This document shows positions 1 through 12,748 of a DNA stretch of 64,000 nt, in pieces. The notes beneath the pieces were generated by a model. The model was not told the DNA's origin. It ran no database searches and worked only from the letters and a program-made list of their open reading frames with translations. The first letter of the stretch is position 1. Every line of letters starts with the position of its first letter. Both the position numbers and the translations under genes were made by a program. This DNA comes from Lama glama (Eukaryota): NCBI GenBank assembly GCA_028534125.1, contig CM052817.1:75332001-75396000 (forward strand), in the 5' to 3' direction.

Positions 1-933
1 TTCACTAGGTGATCAATGTGGAAACTTTTAAATTCAAGCAATTGAAATTTTTTTTTCTTATTTACTCTTGTCATTATTTTGATTAGCAATAGTAATATTA
101 GTATACCTTTTCAAAGACACTGATTTTATAAATTTGAAGAAAGAAAGCCTTTAGTTTTCTCTTTTAAATTTGGAACACCATCTACTCCCAGTTCCCTACA
201 TATCCCTTTTTAAAAAATTGCCAGTTATTTTCCCCTATCCATAATTTATTTATTTTCTTCATATTTAGTTTTTGTTGAGATTACAGTTGACAATCCCTCT
301 CTCCCTTCCTTCTTTCTTTCATTCCTTCTTTTCTTCCTTTTTCCCTTCCTTCTCTTCCACATTTTCTTTCTTTAAAGTTTTGACTTTTTCATATATGCAT
401 AGATTTCCTTTCATTTTCTTAGAAAGCACTGTCCAAGAGATTCAGTTAAATAATCTCAGTATAGAACTCAACTATCTATGTGTCTAAATGTATCTATGTG
501 TCTATCTATATATTATTCTATTGTCTATCTGCCCTTGACATTATATTTTCAAATTGATCAATTTCACTACATGGTTCTTTAGTCATTATTTTGTCAATAA
601 TGTGTTTTTAAGATTTATGTAATTGAATACTTAAGTCATAAAAGTACCTATATCATAGTACCTTAGGAGATAATGCATGAAAGATATTTAACACAATACT
701 TAACTCATAGTAAATAACAAGTTAATTAATATCATTATTTAATATTTCATATGTGTAGGGAATTTTGAATACTTTTACACACATTAGCTTAGATAATTTT
801 TATAATTAACCTGAATTTGTTTTTATCAACTTCAAATTTAGTATCAAAATGGTGCTTAACTTCATTTGAACATATATTTTCTACTTCAATATTATGTAGT
901 CATTATTTTTGTTTCTTTTAAAATTTATTTTAG

Positions 934-1037
934 CTGTTATTGTTGAACTTTAGTCAATATCAAAATAGGCCTTTCCAGCAAAAAATCTGAAATATATAAG
1001 CTATATGTAATTTATTAGGAAAATTTGGAGTACCAAG
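934..1037 (+). pseudogene. Candidate decayed exon A of a putative multi-exon pseudogene
   Basis: Pyrimidine-rich acceptor (gtttcttttaaaatttattttag|) and weak donor AAG|GTTAAA. One frame reads LLLLNFSQYQNRPFQQKI*NI*AICNLLGKFGVP; the frame is ambiguous. Confidence 0.25.
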
Positions 1038-1143
1038 GTTAAACAAGGACATTTTTAATAATGGACTAAACATTTAATTGAATATATTCAAGGGGAACAT
1101 TTTTTTTCAAGATACTGTCAAAACATCTCTAGATAAAACATAC

Positions 1144-1912
1144 CACTGTGGAAAACAGTAAAAGAATCTCTAAAAATTAAATATAAAAGTACTATATGAT
1201 CCAGCAATTTCACTTCTGAGAATACATATAAAGAAACAAAAACACTAACTTGAAAGATGTCTGCATCCCCATGTTCACACCAGTATTATTTATAATGGCC
1301 AAGACATTGTAGACAAACCTCATTGTCCATTAATAGATGAATGGATAAAGAAATTGTGAGATACACATAACACACAACAGAATATCATACAGCCATCAAA
1401 AATAAGGAGAAGCCACCATTTATGACAACATGGATGGGCCTTGAAGGCATTATGCTAAGTGAAATAAGTTAGAGAAAGACAAATACTGGATGATCTCACT
1501 TATATGTGGAATCTAAACAAACAAGCGAAAAATGCTAATCTTATAAAAAGAGATCAGACTTGTGGTTAGAAGTGGATGGTGGGGGGAGTGGGGATTGGAG
1601 GAAGGTGGCTAAAAGGTATAAAAAAATTCTGTTTTAAGATAAATAAGTATTAGAGATGTAGTGCATAACATGATGACTACAGCTAACACTGATCTATGAT
1701 GAACAGGCAAGTTGTTAAGAGAGTAAATCCTAAGAGTTCTTATTACAAGATTTTTTTTCTTTTCTTTTTCCTTTCTTTATTGTATCTGTATGAGAAGATA
1801 AATGTAGATGAACTTATTATAATCATTTCAGTATACATATAAATCAAACCATCATGCTGTAACGTTAAACTTATACAGTACTGCATGTCAATTATTTATC
1901 AATAAAACTGGG
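1144..1912 (+). mobile_element. LINE-1 3' fragment (ORF2 C-terminus and 3' UTR), older L1MA-like
   Basis: Typical L1 motifs: tatgatccagcaatttcacttctg, gatgaatggataaagaaa, attatgctaagtgaaataag; ends at aataaaactgg. Confidence 0.9.
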
Positions 1913-2095
1913 TATCTAAAAATCTGCTATTTATAATTCCATATAAAAGCCCTGTGAAATTAATTTGTTCACTCTTTGCTCTTCTTAACATTAGTTCACT
2001 TATACTTCACTCAGTATATTTATCTTTCTTAAAAATGACAACCACATGTTGTTAAAGTCAAAAATGTGATGACCTGATAACCAACCAGTTTCCAG

Positions 2096-2235
2096 GTTGC
2101 CAGATGTGATTTGAATGTTGCTGATATGTTAAAGTCACTGATGCAGATTGAACAGAATTGAACTGTGGACTTTGTTCTACTTTACTTTAAAGCTAGTACA
2201 AATGAGAAAACAAAGCAAGAGCTAATCCAAATTTT
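2096..2235 (+). pseudogene. Candidate decayed exon B (140 bp, phase 0 to phase 2)
   Basis: tttccag|GTT...ATT TT|gtaaat. Reads VARCDLNVADMLKSLMQIEQN*TVDFVLLYFKASTNEKTKQELIQI with a single TGA at 2159-2161. Confidence 0.5.
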
Positions 2236-2519
2236 GTAAATTATTTTGGAATTTAGCTTCTCATAAACTCAATGAGCCCTGGAAATGCATTTGGATATGC
2301 TACACACAAAAGCACAGATTTTTCTTTCAATAACAAGCCATTTAAATCCTGAAGCTCTTTTTCCTGTTATTAAGACTTCACTCTGATTTAACTTCTCTTA
2401 ATAACTTCATTATTTAAATAAAATACCGGAAAGTTGTTTTAAATAATTATCTTAACAATGTGCTGTAAACATAAATAGATGAATTAATACAGGAAAGGCA
2501 TTTCACTGAAAGAAAGTTT

Positions 2520-2648
2520 CTGGACTAATTACTTGTGTGACCTTGAGAAGTCTTTTAATTTCTCCAAGGTTTTGCTGCTTCATGTATGAAATAAAGGGTT
2601 TGGAGTCAATAGCTCTTTCAATCTTATCAGCTCTGAAATTCCATGATC
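2520..2648 (+). mobile_element. MIR SINE fragment
   Basis: MIR core-like tgtgtgaccttgagaagtc...catgtatgaaataaagggtttgga...cagctctgaaattccatgat. Confidence 0.7.
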
Positions 2649-2797
2649 ATATGCTTCTGCCAGCCAGAGGAATATGAATGTAATTGAACACTTTATTGTA
2701 TTAAGTTACTTGGTTCTGGTGGCTGGAGGAGATTCTCAGGATAAATAAAGTAGAATAAACAAATCTTTGTGCATTGTATGATCTTCATTTGTCTCAG

Positions 2798-2932
2798 GGT
2801 TACACTAATGAATTCTACATTTCAGAGTCTCAAAGAGAAAGTTAATGGCATCCTGAAGATTATCCTCATCTAAATTTTTATATGAGGGTCCTGACCCACT
2901 TATAGAAATTCATCAGGGATATAGAGGAGGAG
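2798..2932 (+). pseudogene. Candidate decayed exon C, phase-compatible with exon B
   Basis: Acceptor tcttcatttgtctcag|. The TT|G join gives L-VTLMNSTFQSLKEKVNGILKIILI* (TAA at 2871). A frameshift is probable, followed by donor GAG|GTACAT at 2933. Confidence 0.45.
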
Positions 2933-3307
2933 GTACATGTTGATATTTTGTTTAATGAAGTCCTCCAAGATGATCAGATTCAAGAGTGTGGGTGGGTTCC
3001 ATGATTAGCAGGAACCTCTTAAATTGCAGAATCTGTGGCAAGTTAGTAGAGTGTGTATGTGTGTTGAAATGTTTACTAATGAGAATCCAGGGAAAACAAA
3101 AAACTCGTGCCCAATGCTGGTACAGAGGACTAGAGGTGTTTTGCCTTTTAAGTGCTTATGCAGATTATGGGCTGTCGAAATAACAGGAATAGCTAGCAAA
3201 ACAGTTTGCTAGAGAAGTGAGAGTCCATTTCTTACATTTTATGTACCGTGTGAGGACTTTGGCATTATCATGCTGCAATAGAAAAAAAGGAACATTTTTC
3301 ATAAGGA

Positions 3308-3620
3308 GTTATGGTCTGAACTGTAGTCCTTTCATATTCATATTTTGAAGCCTTAACTCCCAAGAAACTAAATTTAGAGACAAGGACTTTAAGGAGGTAA
3401 AGTTAAATGAGGTCATAAGGGTGAGGCCTCAATCCCACAGGACTGGTGTCCTCTTAGAAAGAGGAAGAGACACCAGAGAGCTCTCTCCCTTCACGTGTGC
3501 ACAGAGGAAAGCCTATGTCAGGGCACAGTGACAAGGTGGCCATCTGCAAGCAAGGAAGAGAGGCCTTGCCAGAAACTAACCCTACTGGCACCCTGATCTT
3601 GGACTTGTAAAGTAGACTGT
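3308..3620 (+). mobile_element. MaLR LTR (MLT1A-like), 3' truncated
   Basis: ttatggtctgaa...gttaaatgaggtcataagggtg...ggactggtgtcct...aaggtggccatctgcaagcaaggaagagaggcc...ctgatcttggactt. Confidence 0.9.
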
Positions 3621-3881
3621 AAAACACTATTTCAAAGCATTTGTTCCTAAAATTTTAATGTACGGTACTTCTATAAAAATGAAAAACATAAAATTATACA
3701 CAATTTCCGTAATACATATATTAAGGAAAATATCACAGCAGTATCATTCATTTAGATAGTCATTGGAAATTTAAGTGACCTTTGGGGAAAAGTGAAATAT
3801 ACTCAATTTACAGCATAAATCATGAAATTCCAGAAGGTTTAAAAAAATAAATGCTTAAGTATTAGTAAGCTTACTTTTCAG

Positions 3882-4021
3882 GCAAGTGAGTAGAGAACAG
3901 ACAAAAGCCAAACAAAGATATTTACTCTGACTTCAAAATCTATTCTGGCATACTATATTTTCTCCAAGAATTTGATTCTGCTTCTTTAAAAAAGAAGTAC
4001 TGAAGGCTTTTCTCTCCCTAA
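3882..4021 (+). pseudogene. Candidate decayed exon D
   Basis: Acceptor cttacttttcag|. Reads ...YSGILYFLQEFDSASLK, then after a 1-nt shift in an A-run EVLKAFLSL. Possible donor TAA|GTAAAA. Confidence 0.3.
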
Positions 4022-4089
4022 GTAAAATACTGAGTTTTCTAAACAGAAATATTTAAAAAAAAGACCTGAAGCATTTTAAGAAACCTTTT

Positions 4090-4589
4090 NNNNNNNNNNN
4101 NNNNNNNNNNNNNNNNNNNNNNNNNNNNNNNNNNNNNNNNNNNNNNNNNNNNNNNNNNNNNNNNNNNNNNNNNNNNNNNNNNNNNNNNNNNNNNNNNNNN
4201 NNNNNNNNNNNNNNNNNNNNNNNNNNNNNNNNNNNNNNNNNNNNNNNNNNNNNNNNNNNNNNNNNNNNNNNNNNNNNNNNNNNNNNNNNNNNNNNNNNNN
4301 NNNNNNNNNNNNNNNNNNNNNNNNNNNNNNNNNNNNNNNNNNNNNNNNNNNNNNNNNNNNNNNNNNNNNNNNNNNNNNNNNNNNNNNNNNNNNNNNNNNN
4401 NNNNNNNNNNNNNNNNNNNNNNNNNNNNNNNNNNNNNNNNNNNNNNNNNNNNNNNNNNNNNNNNNNNNNNNNNNNNNNNNNNNNNNNNNNNNNNNNNNNN
4501 NNNNNNNNNNNNNNNNNNNNNNNNNNNNNNNNNNNNNNNNNNNNNNNNNNNNNNNNNNNNNNNNNNNNNNNNNNNNNNNNNNNNNNNNN
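4090..4589. other. Assembly gap (500 N)
   Basis: Run of N abutting a young L1. Confidence 1.
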
Positions 4590-5165
4590 TCCAGAAGGAA
4601 CCCTACTTCAAAATGACACCTGCACCCCAGTGTTCATAGCAGCATTATTTACAATAGCCAAAACATAGAAACAGCCTAAATGTCCATCAACAGGTGACTG
4701 GATAAAGAAGAGGTGGTATATTTATACAGTGGAATACTACTCAGCCATGAAAACTGACAACATAATGCCTTTTGCAGCAACATGGATTCTCCTGGAGAAT
4801 GTCATTCTAAGTGAAGTAAGTCAGAAAGAGAAAGAAAAATACCATATGAGATAGCTCATATGTGGAATCTAAAAAAGAAGAACAAAAACAAAAGCATAAA
4901 TACAAAACAGAAAGAGACTCATAGACATAGAATTCAAACTTGTGGTTGCCAAGGGGGCAGAGGGTGGGAAGGGATAGACAGGATTTCAAAATTGTAGAAT
5001 AGATAAACAAGATTATACTGTATCGCACAGGGAAATATACACAAGATCTTATGGTAGCTCACAGAGAAAAAATGTGACAGTGAATATATATATGCTCATG
5101 TATAACTGAAAATTTGACACAACATTGTAAAATGATTATAAATCAATAAAAAATGTTTAAAAAAT
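4590..5165 (+). mobile_element. Young, camelid-type LINE-1 3' end
   Basis: gacacctgcaccccagtgttcatagcagc...ttgacacaacattgtaaaatgattataaatcaataaaaaatgtttaaaaaa; closely matches the minus-strand copy at 37131-37903. Confidence 0.95.
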
Positions 5166-5757
5166 TAAAATTCATTCATATACTAAAATATTATCTTTAC
5201 TTAGTATTCATAATAAGAATATCAAATTTCAGAGAAAATTATGATCTTACAAAACAAATGGGAATTTTTTATACAAAAATATATACAAATTATAGTAAAA
5301 TGTTTTTAAACAAAAACAATATTTTAGTGGAGTAAAATTGAGTGTATATATATTAGTGACTGTGCATATATAATCGAATGTTTACACATCATATATTTAT
5401 AATTTTAAAATATTTTATGTATTATCCAGTATGAGGTATTCTAATCCTGCTGATATTAAAAAGAATGCCTCATATAAATAAAACCTGTGTATGGACATAA
5501 AGTATGACACTTTTAACATTCAATACCATAAAATCAAATTCAATACAAGAACACATTATGTAGTAAACAGATTAGTTTTTTTAAAGCAAAATTTTTGAAA
5601 ATGTGCTGTGTACTGCATGATCATTTTAGAATAAATTATGAGTGTTTTGAAATATCATTTATGTGTTATTGAAAATAGTGAGGAAAAAATGTTTTCAACA
5701 CCTCCTTTCCACTGATGCCTCTCTTATGACTTTATTAAAAATGTGTTAATTGAACAG

Positions 5758-5929
5758 AATGTGTATTCATTGAGAAAGCTGACTGTCCTAGTGTATATGG
5801 TTCATACTACCTATAATGAATTTAAACAAACAGCTAAAAAAATCCATTGCTTAAATGAGATATAGGAAATTAGCTAACGTTTTTCTGGATGCTACCATGA
5901 AATCATGGATCACTACAATTTTGATGAAG
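5758..5929 (+). pseudogene. Candidate decayed exon E (ends in phase 1)
   Basis: Weak acceptor and donor AAG|GTAATT. Reads NVYSLRKLTVLVYMVHTTYNEFKQTAKKIHCLNEI*EIS*RFSGCYHEIMDHYNFDE. Confidence 0.3.
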
Positions 5930-6103
5930 GTAATTAATTTTTAACTTTTTATTAATTTACTGTATAGGTATATATTTTCAGTACCACCTAAACATAGTAA
6001 ATAAATAACTTATTATTAGTATTTATGTAACAGTAAGTAGGACATTATAAAGACTCTATAACACTAATGAAAATCATAGTACCATATACAGTATTCCATA
6101 TAG

Positions 6104-6225
6104 CTGATAAGTATTGGACTCCATCTAAGAAGACTGCACTAAAAAGAACTGTAGCTCATCTTGTTCATAGGCCAGTTTCACCTATGAAGAAATCATGTAA
6201 CATTCAACCCATGACAGCACTTTAG
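6104..6225 (+). pseudogene. Candidate decayed exon F, phase-compatible with exon E
   Basis: ttccatatag| with CTAAT upstream. The G|CT join gives A-DKYWTPSKKTALKRTVAHLVHRPVSPMKKSCNIQPMTAL*. Confidence 0.3.
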
Positions 6226-6419
6226 CAAAGGAAAATAGAAATTGATTTTTAAAGTAGAGAAATTGTACTTTTATCTTTTTTGATAGCATAATACTGGGGA
6301 ATTTTCTATATAAATTATCCCAAAATAATTTTCAAACAAAAAAACAGGGCTTTTCATTTTAACTTGAAAATCATCCACTTCTACAAACAGAGCATCTCTG
6401 GATTTGTTCTGTCTTCTAC

Positions 6420-7375
6420 ACTCACTCTCTTCACAAGAGTTTTCCATGAGGCTTTAAAGCATACCTGAAACTTGCAACTCCCAAATGTTATCTTCAACCT
6501 AGACTTCTCCCATGAACTTTGGGACATCTAACTCTATATTTAATATCTCCACTCAGATGCCCAGCTTAAAATGTTGAATTTGCTTTATCCAGAGCCTTTT
6601 CTCATCTCTATTGCCAATTTCTTCCTTTTGGTTGCTCAAGTCAAAAATACTGAAAACTTCCTTGACATTTATCTTCCTCTTAGACCATTTGAATCATCAG
6701 GAAATCTTGCTTCTACAACTTTGCCAACATCTCCACTGCTCCATCACCCTGGTCCAAACTACTGTCATCTATCGACTCTATTGTCTGCTTCTACTCCTGT
6801 CCTTGCAGATTACTGAATACAGCTAAATAGAGTTCTCCTATGATGCTGTGAATTATATCAAACCATCCTCTCAAAATCACTCAAATTGCAAATTTCATTA
6901 AATCACTTGCCTTTAGTATCAAATGGCTTACCTTTGTGACCTCATTTCCTTCTACTCTGCTCTTTTATTACTTTGCTCCAGAGACCTCCTTGCTTTTCTC
7001 CGTCACCTGAAAAAAAAAAATTCTCAATTTTAGCACTTTTGCATTTGTTTTTTTCCTCTTATGGAATATTTTTCTCCCAGATTTCCAAATGTCTAGCTGC
7101 TTAAAAGCCATCTTCTTTTTTTCTTCTGTTTCTTCTTTTTTTTCTGAAATATAACCTCCTTCTTGATGATTTTACTTACCATCTAAATTAACCTGCAAAT
7201 TGACATCCTCCTCCCTGAACTTTTTAACTCCTGTTCCACATTGTTTATCATCTATTTGACCTTACTAGATCATGAGGTTCATGAGAACAGTATTTTCCTC
7301 CTATCCTTAATACATCAAAGAAAGTTTGATAAATAGAAGATGCTAAATATTGAATATATCATTGAATGAATAAAC
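6420..7375 (+). mobile_element. LINE-2 3' fragment
   Basis: C/T-rich L2 motifs (cctagacttctccc, ctccatcaccctggtccaa, ctttgctccag); ends attgaatgaataaa. Confidence 0.8.
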
Positions 7376-8494
7376 AAAAGAATCTATGTTAGAATGTTAA
7401 AAATTGACACTTAAAATAGTTGAATAACATACAGAATTGGAACATTCAAGAAATCATGGATATTATTATGAATACAGAAGCAAGAAATAATGTCATTACT
7501 TTCAAAAAACAAATACTTGGGCCATATGATATGCTAAGAATACATCTAAGAAAATATCTAGTGTAAAATTGTTTATAATGTCAGACAGTTTAATAGAAAG
7601 ATGAATTATCCTGATGGCATTACCTTAAAATATCTATACTTAGTATGCTTTTATATTATTCTAGGAGATTCCTGGATCTTATGGTTAGTAATTTTAGCTG
7701 ATTCATTTTTTTCTGACTATGTCATTACTAATACGACTCTGACCCATATCTTCATCTAGGAACAACCTGATTCACTAACTCTCTTACATTGAATTTGAAT
7801 ATAAAATATTTTGGGTAATTCTTGGTTTTCTGAATGTGGTTAAACTAAAAAAAAAAATGCAGACTAAATGGACTACTTAACTGAAAGAAACACATCTACA
7901 GGTCTGCAGGTGGTAAACACATACTTTCTGTCTTGTAAGTCAGTGATGCGATTAATATGTGAGACTATATGAATCTTAGTTACCAAGAGAAAAGAAAAGG
8001 CCTGAGGATTCTAGTCCTTCCTAATGTTGCAAAAAGGAAGAAGGTCTTAAAAATCACTCTTTTTCCAATATGAAGGGTTAATTGGTAAAGAATTCCCCAG
8101 AGATCCTCAACCTCATTGGCAGTGGTCAAGGTACAACAGCATTTTAACAGTAAGCTTATTCTTTTTCCAACAAGGGTCAAGAGTTGACTTTTGACCTAGG
8201 TCTAAAGTCCATACTTTATTTAAGACTTTCATCATCTTCTTCAGGAATAAAGAGAGAACCTGAGCCCTTATTGTAATACTGTGGAATTATATCACAGCCT
8301 CACCAAAATCCTTGGCTCCACTGATAACTCAACTTTTATACTATCTATCTTGAATCTACTACAATTATTTTCATTCTATCTTTTCCATGTTTAGGTTATT
8401 CACTACAAGAAAGCCCCAAACTCCCAGGTCATCCTTTATTATTACACTCTATAAACTCCACAAAGCTCCGTGCACCCACTTAAATAGCACCTAC

Positions 8495-8625
8495 CACCTT
8501 TTCAATTCTACTATTGATGGATATTGGGCTATTTCCAGGTTTTGATTGTTACTACTAACAATGCTAGAAACATTAATGCACATGTATCCTTGTGTGGCTG
8601 TGCATGCATTTCTACGGAGTATGTA
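8495..8625 (-). mobile_element. Old L1 (L1ME-like) fragment
   Basis: ctattgatggatattgggctatttccaggtttt...aacaatgct...catgtatccttgtg. Confidence 0.7.
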
Positions 8626-8712
8626 CAGGGTTGCCAGATAAAATGCAAGTACATACAGTTAAATATGAATTTTAGATAAATAATAATTTTTATTATAAAT
8701 ATGTCCAAATGT
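8626..8712 (+). mobile_element. hAT MITE, MER53-like, left half
   Basis: cagggttgccagataaaat...cagttaaatatgaattttagataaa...ataaatatgtcc. Confidence 0.75.
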
Positions 8713-8734
8713 CCTCCCTACTCTTATCCTATTC

Positions 8735-10487
8735 TCTTGAACTCACAGCCCATCATCAGCAAAATCACTTATATCATCAACCTTTTGTTCTGAGTTGCCC
8801 CTTTGCATTCTCATTTTAACAGAAATCTGTAGCTCATCTGAAGATACTACATTAACAGCCACCCTTTCGAGTGCTGACTATTTCTTTCTCCCAGAGTCCT
8901 TACACCCCTGTGCCTGACGTTTGTAGGCATTTTCCTGGTTCTTCATTGTTAATTTCAAACCATTCTCCCTCCATTCTCCCTTAAATCCTTCAGTTTTGAA
9001 AAATAGGTCATCAGATTACATCATTCAGTACTACTCATTAATAGTGGAATCAAGCAACCCTTTAGCATATTTCCCTAATTTCTTTCAGAGTTTAACTCCT
9101 GGCTCTTTATGATTTTCTCCAACACTAATCATATTTTAATGCTTGGAAATTTCAAAAATTATTTGGCTGATACCTTCAACATCTTGGCTCCTCAGGTTTT
9201 GGACACTTTTCCTCCAGTAATCTTAGCAACCCATTCCTATGACCACACCCTAGTTCCAGTTATTACTAATAATTGGAGCTCTCTTGATTTTCTTCACGTC
9301 TGTTGAATCATTACATCTCAGGTTCTTTTTCTGGTTCCTTCTTTTCTCCCAGACATGAGTTTTGGGATACTCAGTTCTTGGTGACTTTCTTTAGTGTGGT
9401 GCCCTCTCTTTGGGATGCTGCTAGTCTCATAGATTTAAGTACATTCATATTTTCATTAAAATCCACATTTATGTTATTTATATCTCTTGCTCAGACATCA
9501 ATTCTATACTCTTAAATCATACATTATTCTGAATAGCTCCAGATATCTCAAGCTTTATGTGTTTAAAACTGAGCTCTTGATATTGACACAAACCTGCTCT
9601 ACTTGTAGCCTTTCTCATCATAATTTAAAACAACTACTTTCATGCAACTACTAAGGCAAAAACTCAAGAGTTATCTTTGATTTTTCTTTCTTTCTCATCC
9701 CACGATCTATTTTTGCAAGAAGTTCTATCTCTACCATCAAACTGGATTCAGAATCTGGTAATTTCTCATCATCTCAGCTGCTGTAGCTCTAGTTCAATTT
9801 GCCATCTGCTCTTACTCAGATTATAGCAATAGCCTACCTATAGGTTTTCTTCTTCTTGCCTAGTTGAAAGTCTGTCTCCTACATTCCAGCTAGAGAAATA
9901 CTATTAAGGCATATTTCAGACTATGCTAATTTTCTCCTTAAAATTCTTAAATGGCCCCCATTTCACTCAACCTAAAATCAGTCTTTAAAATGACCTATAA
10001 TTCCTTGGACTTTCTGGCCCCAGTTTATCTCTGTGACTTCTATTCCATTCTCCTTTCCCTCACTTGTCTCTGGCCACATTGTCTTCTTCACTAGTCCATG
10101 AATGCAATCAGGCAGATGCCTGCCTTAGGCCTTGGCAACGGATCTTCCTTTGGCCTGGCGTATTCTTTTCAAACTTACAGGCAGATCAATTTTCTCATAA
10201 ATTTTAAGTCTTTTCTCAATTATCTTATTCTCAGTGGCTGATCACCCTGCAAAAACTGTACAAATCTCCTCTCTTACTATTGCAAGTTTTCCACACCTTG
10301 CTCTATTTACTATATTAATACTGATTATATTAAAATTATAAATATGACATATATCATAATTCAATCTATTATATTTGTTATTTAACTGTTTCATCCTTTT
10401 AGAACAGAAGGTTGAGGAGAGATAAGGGTGGGATCCTGGCACATAGTGGGTCCTCCACACATATTTTCTGTTATTAATGAAATAAAT
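8735..10487 (+). mobile_element. LINE-2 with endonuclease relic, internal deletion and 3' end
   Basis: ORF 9109-9306 contains LGNF...THSYDHTLVPVIT, a degenerate APE GDFN/HGHTLDLVIT motif. It is followed by L2 3' region ending cctggcacatagtgggtcctc...ttaatgaaataaat. Confidence 0.85.
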
Positions 10488-10714
10488 ATTCCATTAAATA
10501 CCCAAGTATTTTTTTAAAAGTGCACCAGTTATACAATTGTTTGCTTTCTTCAGGCAATCCTAGTCTTATCAATGGTTACTAAACATCATTTTCTCATGGT
10601 AACTAAATATTGCTATTCATTCAGTTTCACTGACTGTAGAGACAGCTTGTTTGAGAGCAGTACTCATAATCTCAAATTCTGAAACTTACTGATTGCACAA
10701 TATTATATCTAGAG

Positions 10715-11070
10715 CTGGAGCATTTCTCTTGTACTTTCCCATTTCTCTTCACTGAGCTAATTATACTTCAGGTTTAGTGTTACTTCATAAGAAAAGTTGC
10801 CCCTGAATCCTCTAACCACATTACCAGATTATAAGATTACCGTTATATATTCTTTATTATACCTTACTTCACTCTATTAATACTTTTTATAATTATAATG
10901 AAATAATTATTTCATTCTCTATTTGTCTCTTCCAAATAGATATAAGTTTCATGAAAACCAGGATTGGCCATGATACATTTCTTAAATGTCCATTTATAAC
11001 TTGTCAAGTTATCCCCAGTAACTATTGAATTGTTTAGAAATATAACCACTAATTATTTGTTGAATGAATT
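10715..11070 (+). mobile_element. LINE-2 3' end fragment
   Basis: tttgtctcttccaaatagatataagtttcatgaaaaccagga...tatttgttgaatgaat. Confidence 0.7.
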
Positions 11071-12611
11071 AATTTTATAGAAGAAGATCAATGACTTTTT
11101 AATAAACACTACTTTATTTTCTGACATATAATCAATTATTATTATTATTTGCTGATGACTATTACAAAGCACTCTCAATAATGTTGATTACTAAGGATAA
11201 TATCCCACATCATCTAATCACTTAAATTTGAACTCAACAAGACTTGCAATAAATTACGTATTTGTGTACATTTATATAAACATGAAACATTACATTTCTT
11301 AAGTGTTTAATAAATGAAACATTCCAACCTGTTAAATGACTGGTTTAATCCAATGTAAATATTAAAATTGTTTATTCCAGTTTTACTATGAAATATCAAT
11401 AGTGAGATCTATCCAGACACTGAAAATGAGTGGCATAGAGAAGCCATATATCTTTCAGAATTTGCTCCAATCATGTTTACTCATTTAATTTCAAAACATA
11501 ATGTTTTGCCTTACATTATCATTTACTCTGTTGTTTTTATAAAGTATATAATTTTTGATATATATTATTTTTAGTAGAAACTGTGTATTACTAATTCATA
11601 ATACTGTTATGTAAAATAAATATGTTATTTTCTTAGATTACACATGAAAAAAAGTTCCTCAGGGATTTCCAAAGTAAATGCAACACAATCGCTAAACTTT
11701 TTTTTTTCAAAATAGAATTACACTTGTCAATTAGTTTAGCTTCTGAAAAGGCACTAAAATATATGGTCTTATCACCCCAAGAAAGAATAAAAATATACAT
11801 AAAAACCATACTATTACTGCAATTGATTTATTCAATCATCCACTCTAGAGTATGGCACTTATCTCTATAGGATTACTTATTTTCATCAATCAAGAATACT
11901 AACCAGGAATGACTTTTCATCAATCTCACCCAGAGCAGTCACGCCTTTCTAGTTTGAAGCCTGCTATAAAATACGTCTTTGGTTAGCAAATCTCTGAGCT
12001 AAGCAGAGTTGAAAATGCTAGCTCAAATCAGTTTGGAAGAGGGCAAATAGCTCTATTTGGTCTTGACTGAGATTTAAAAGATTTACTTAGGTTAGAAAAT
12101 TGGGTAAAAGCTTACTGTGTCTAAATTCTACATTCAAAAATCTTCTTAAGTTTTATGGTGAAAAAAATATATTCCATACATTTCACCCAAAGTTTCATCA
12201 GAGATAAGTATAAAATAAGAATGTATAAGTTAATTATAGCATAATATTATTCCAGAATAAGTACAATTAAAACAAAACTTTAAAAATTAAAACTTAAAAT
12301 ACATATTATCTATGAATAGATTTAAAAATCTAAAATTTAATTTAAAAATTATCCTATTCATGGAATATTATTTTAATGAATTTTTACATTATTTTTATAT
12401 CACTATGATTTATATTTAATATTTTAATAACTTTTTATAAAAATATAACAAATATAGGATATTATAAGATAAATAAAATGTTTTATAGTTTGCATTAAGG
12501 AAACAAATTAACAACTTTTGATGTCAGAAAATCCTGTTAAAAAATTCATTGGTGGCTCTTTTGCATTGATCAAATAAAATGAAATAAAATAGATATAAAA
12601 ATATGAAATAG

Positions 12612-12748
12612 CAACTACATTCAATATCTTACAGAAACTATAATGAAAAAAAGAATAGGACAAAGAATATATATGTATATGTACGACTTAAACATTTTGC
12701 TGTACACCAGAAATTGACACACCATTGTAAACTGACTATATTTCACTA
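12612..12748 (+). mobile_element. Short L1 3'-terminal insertion with 15-bp TSD
   Basis: L1 tail gctgtacaccagaaattgacac...actgactata. TSD aaaa(a/g)tatgaaatag at 12597-12611 and 12749-12763. Confidence 0.85.

Noticed and set aside
11960..11975. TATAAAA as a core promoter
   Set aside because: Common by chance in AT-rich DNA, with no supporting downstream exon.
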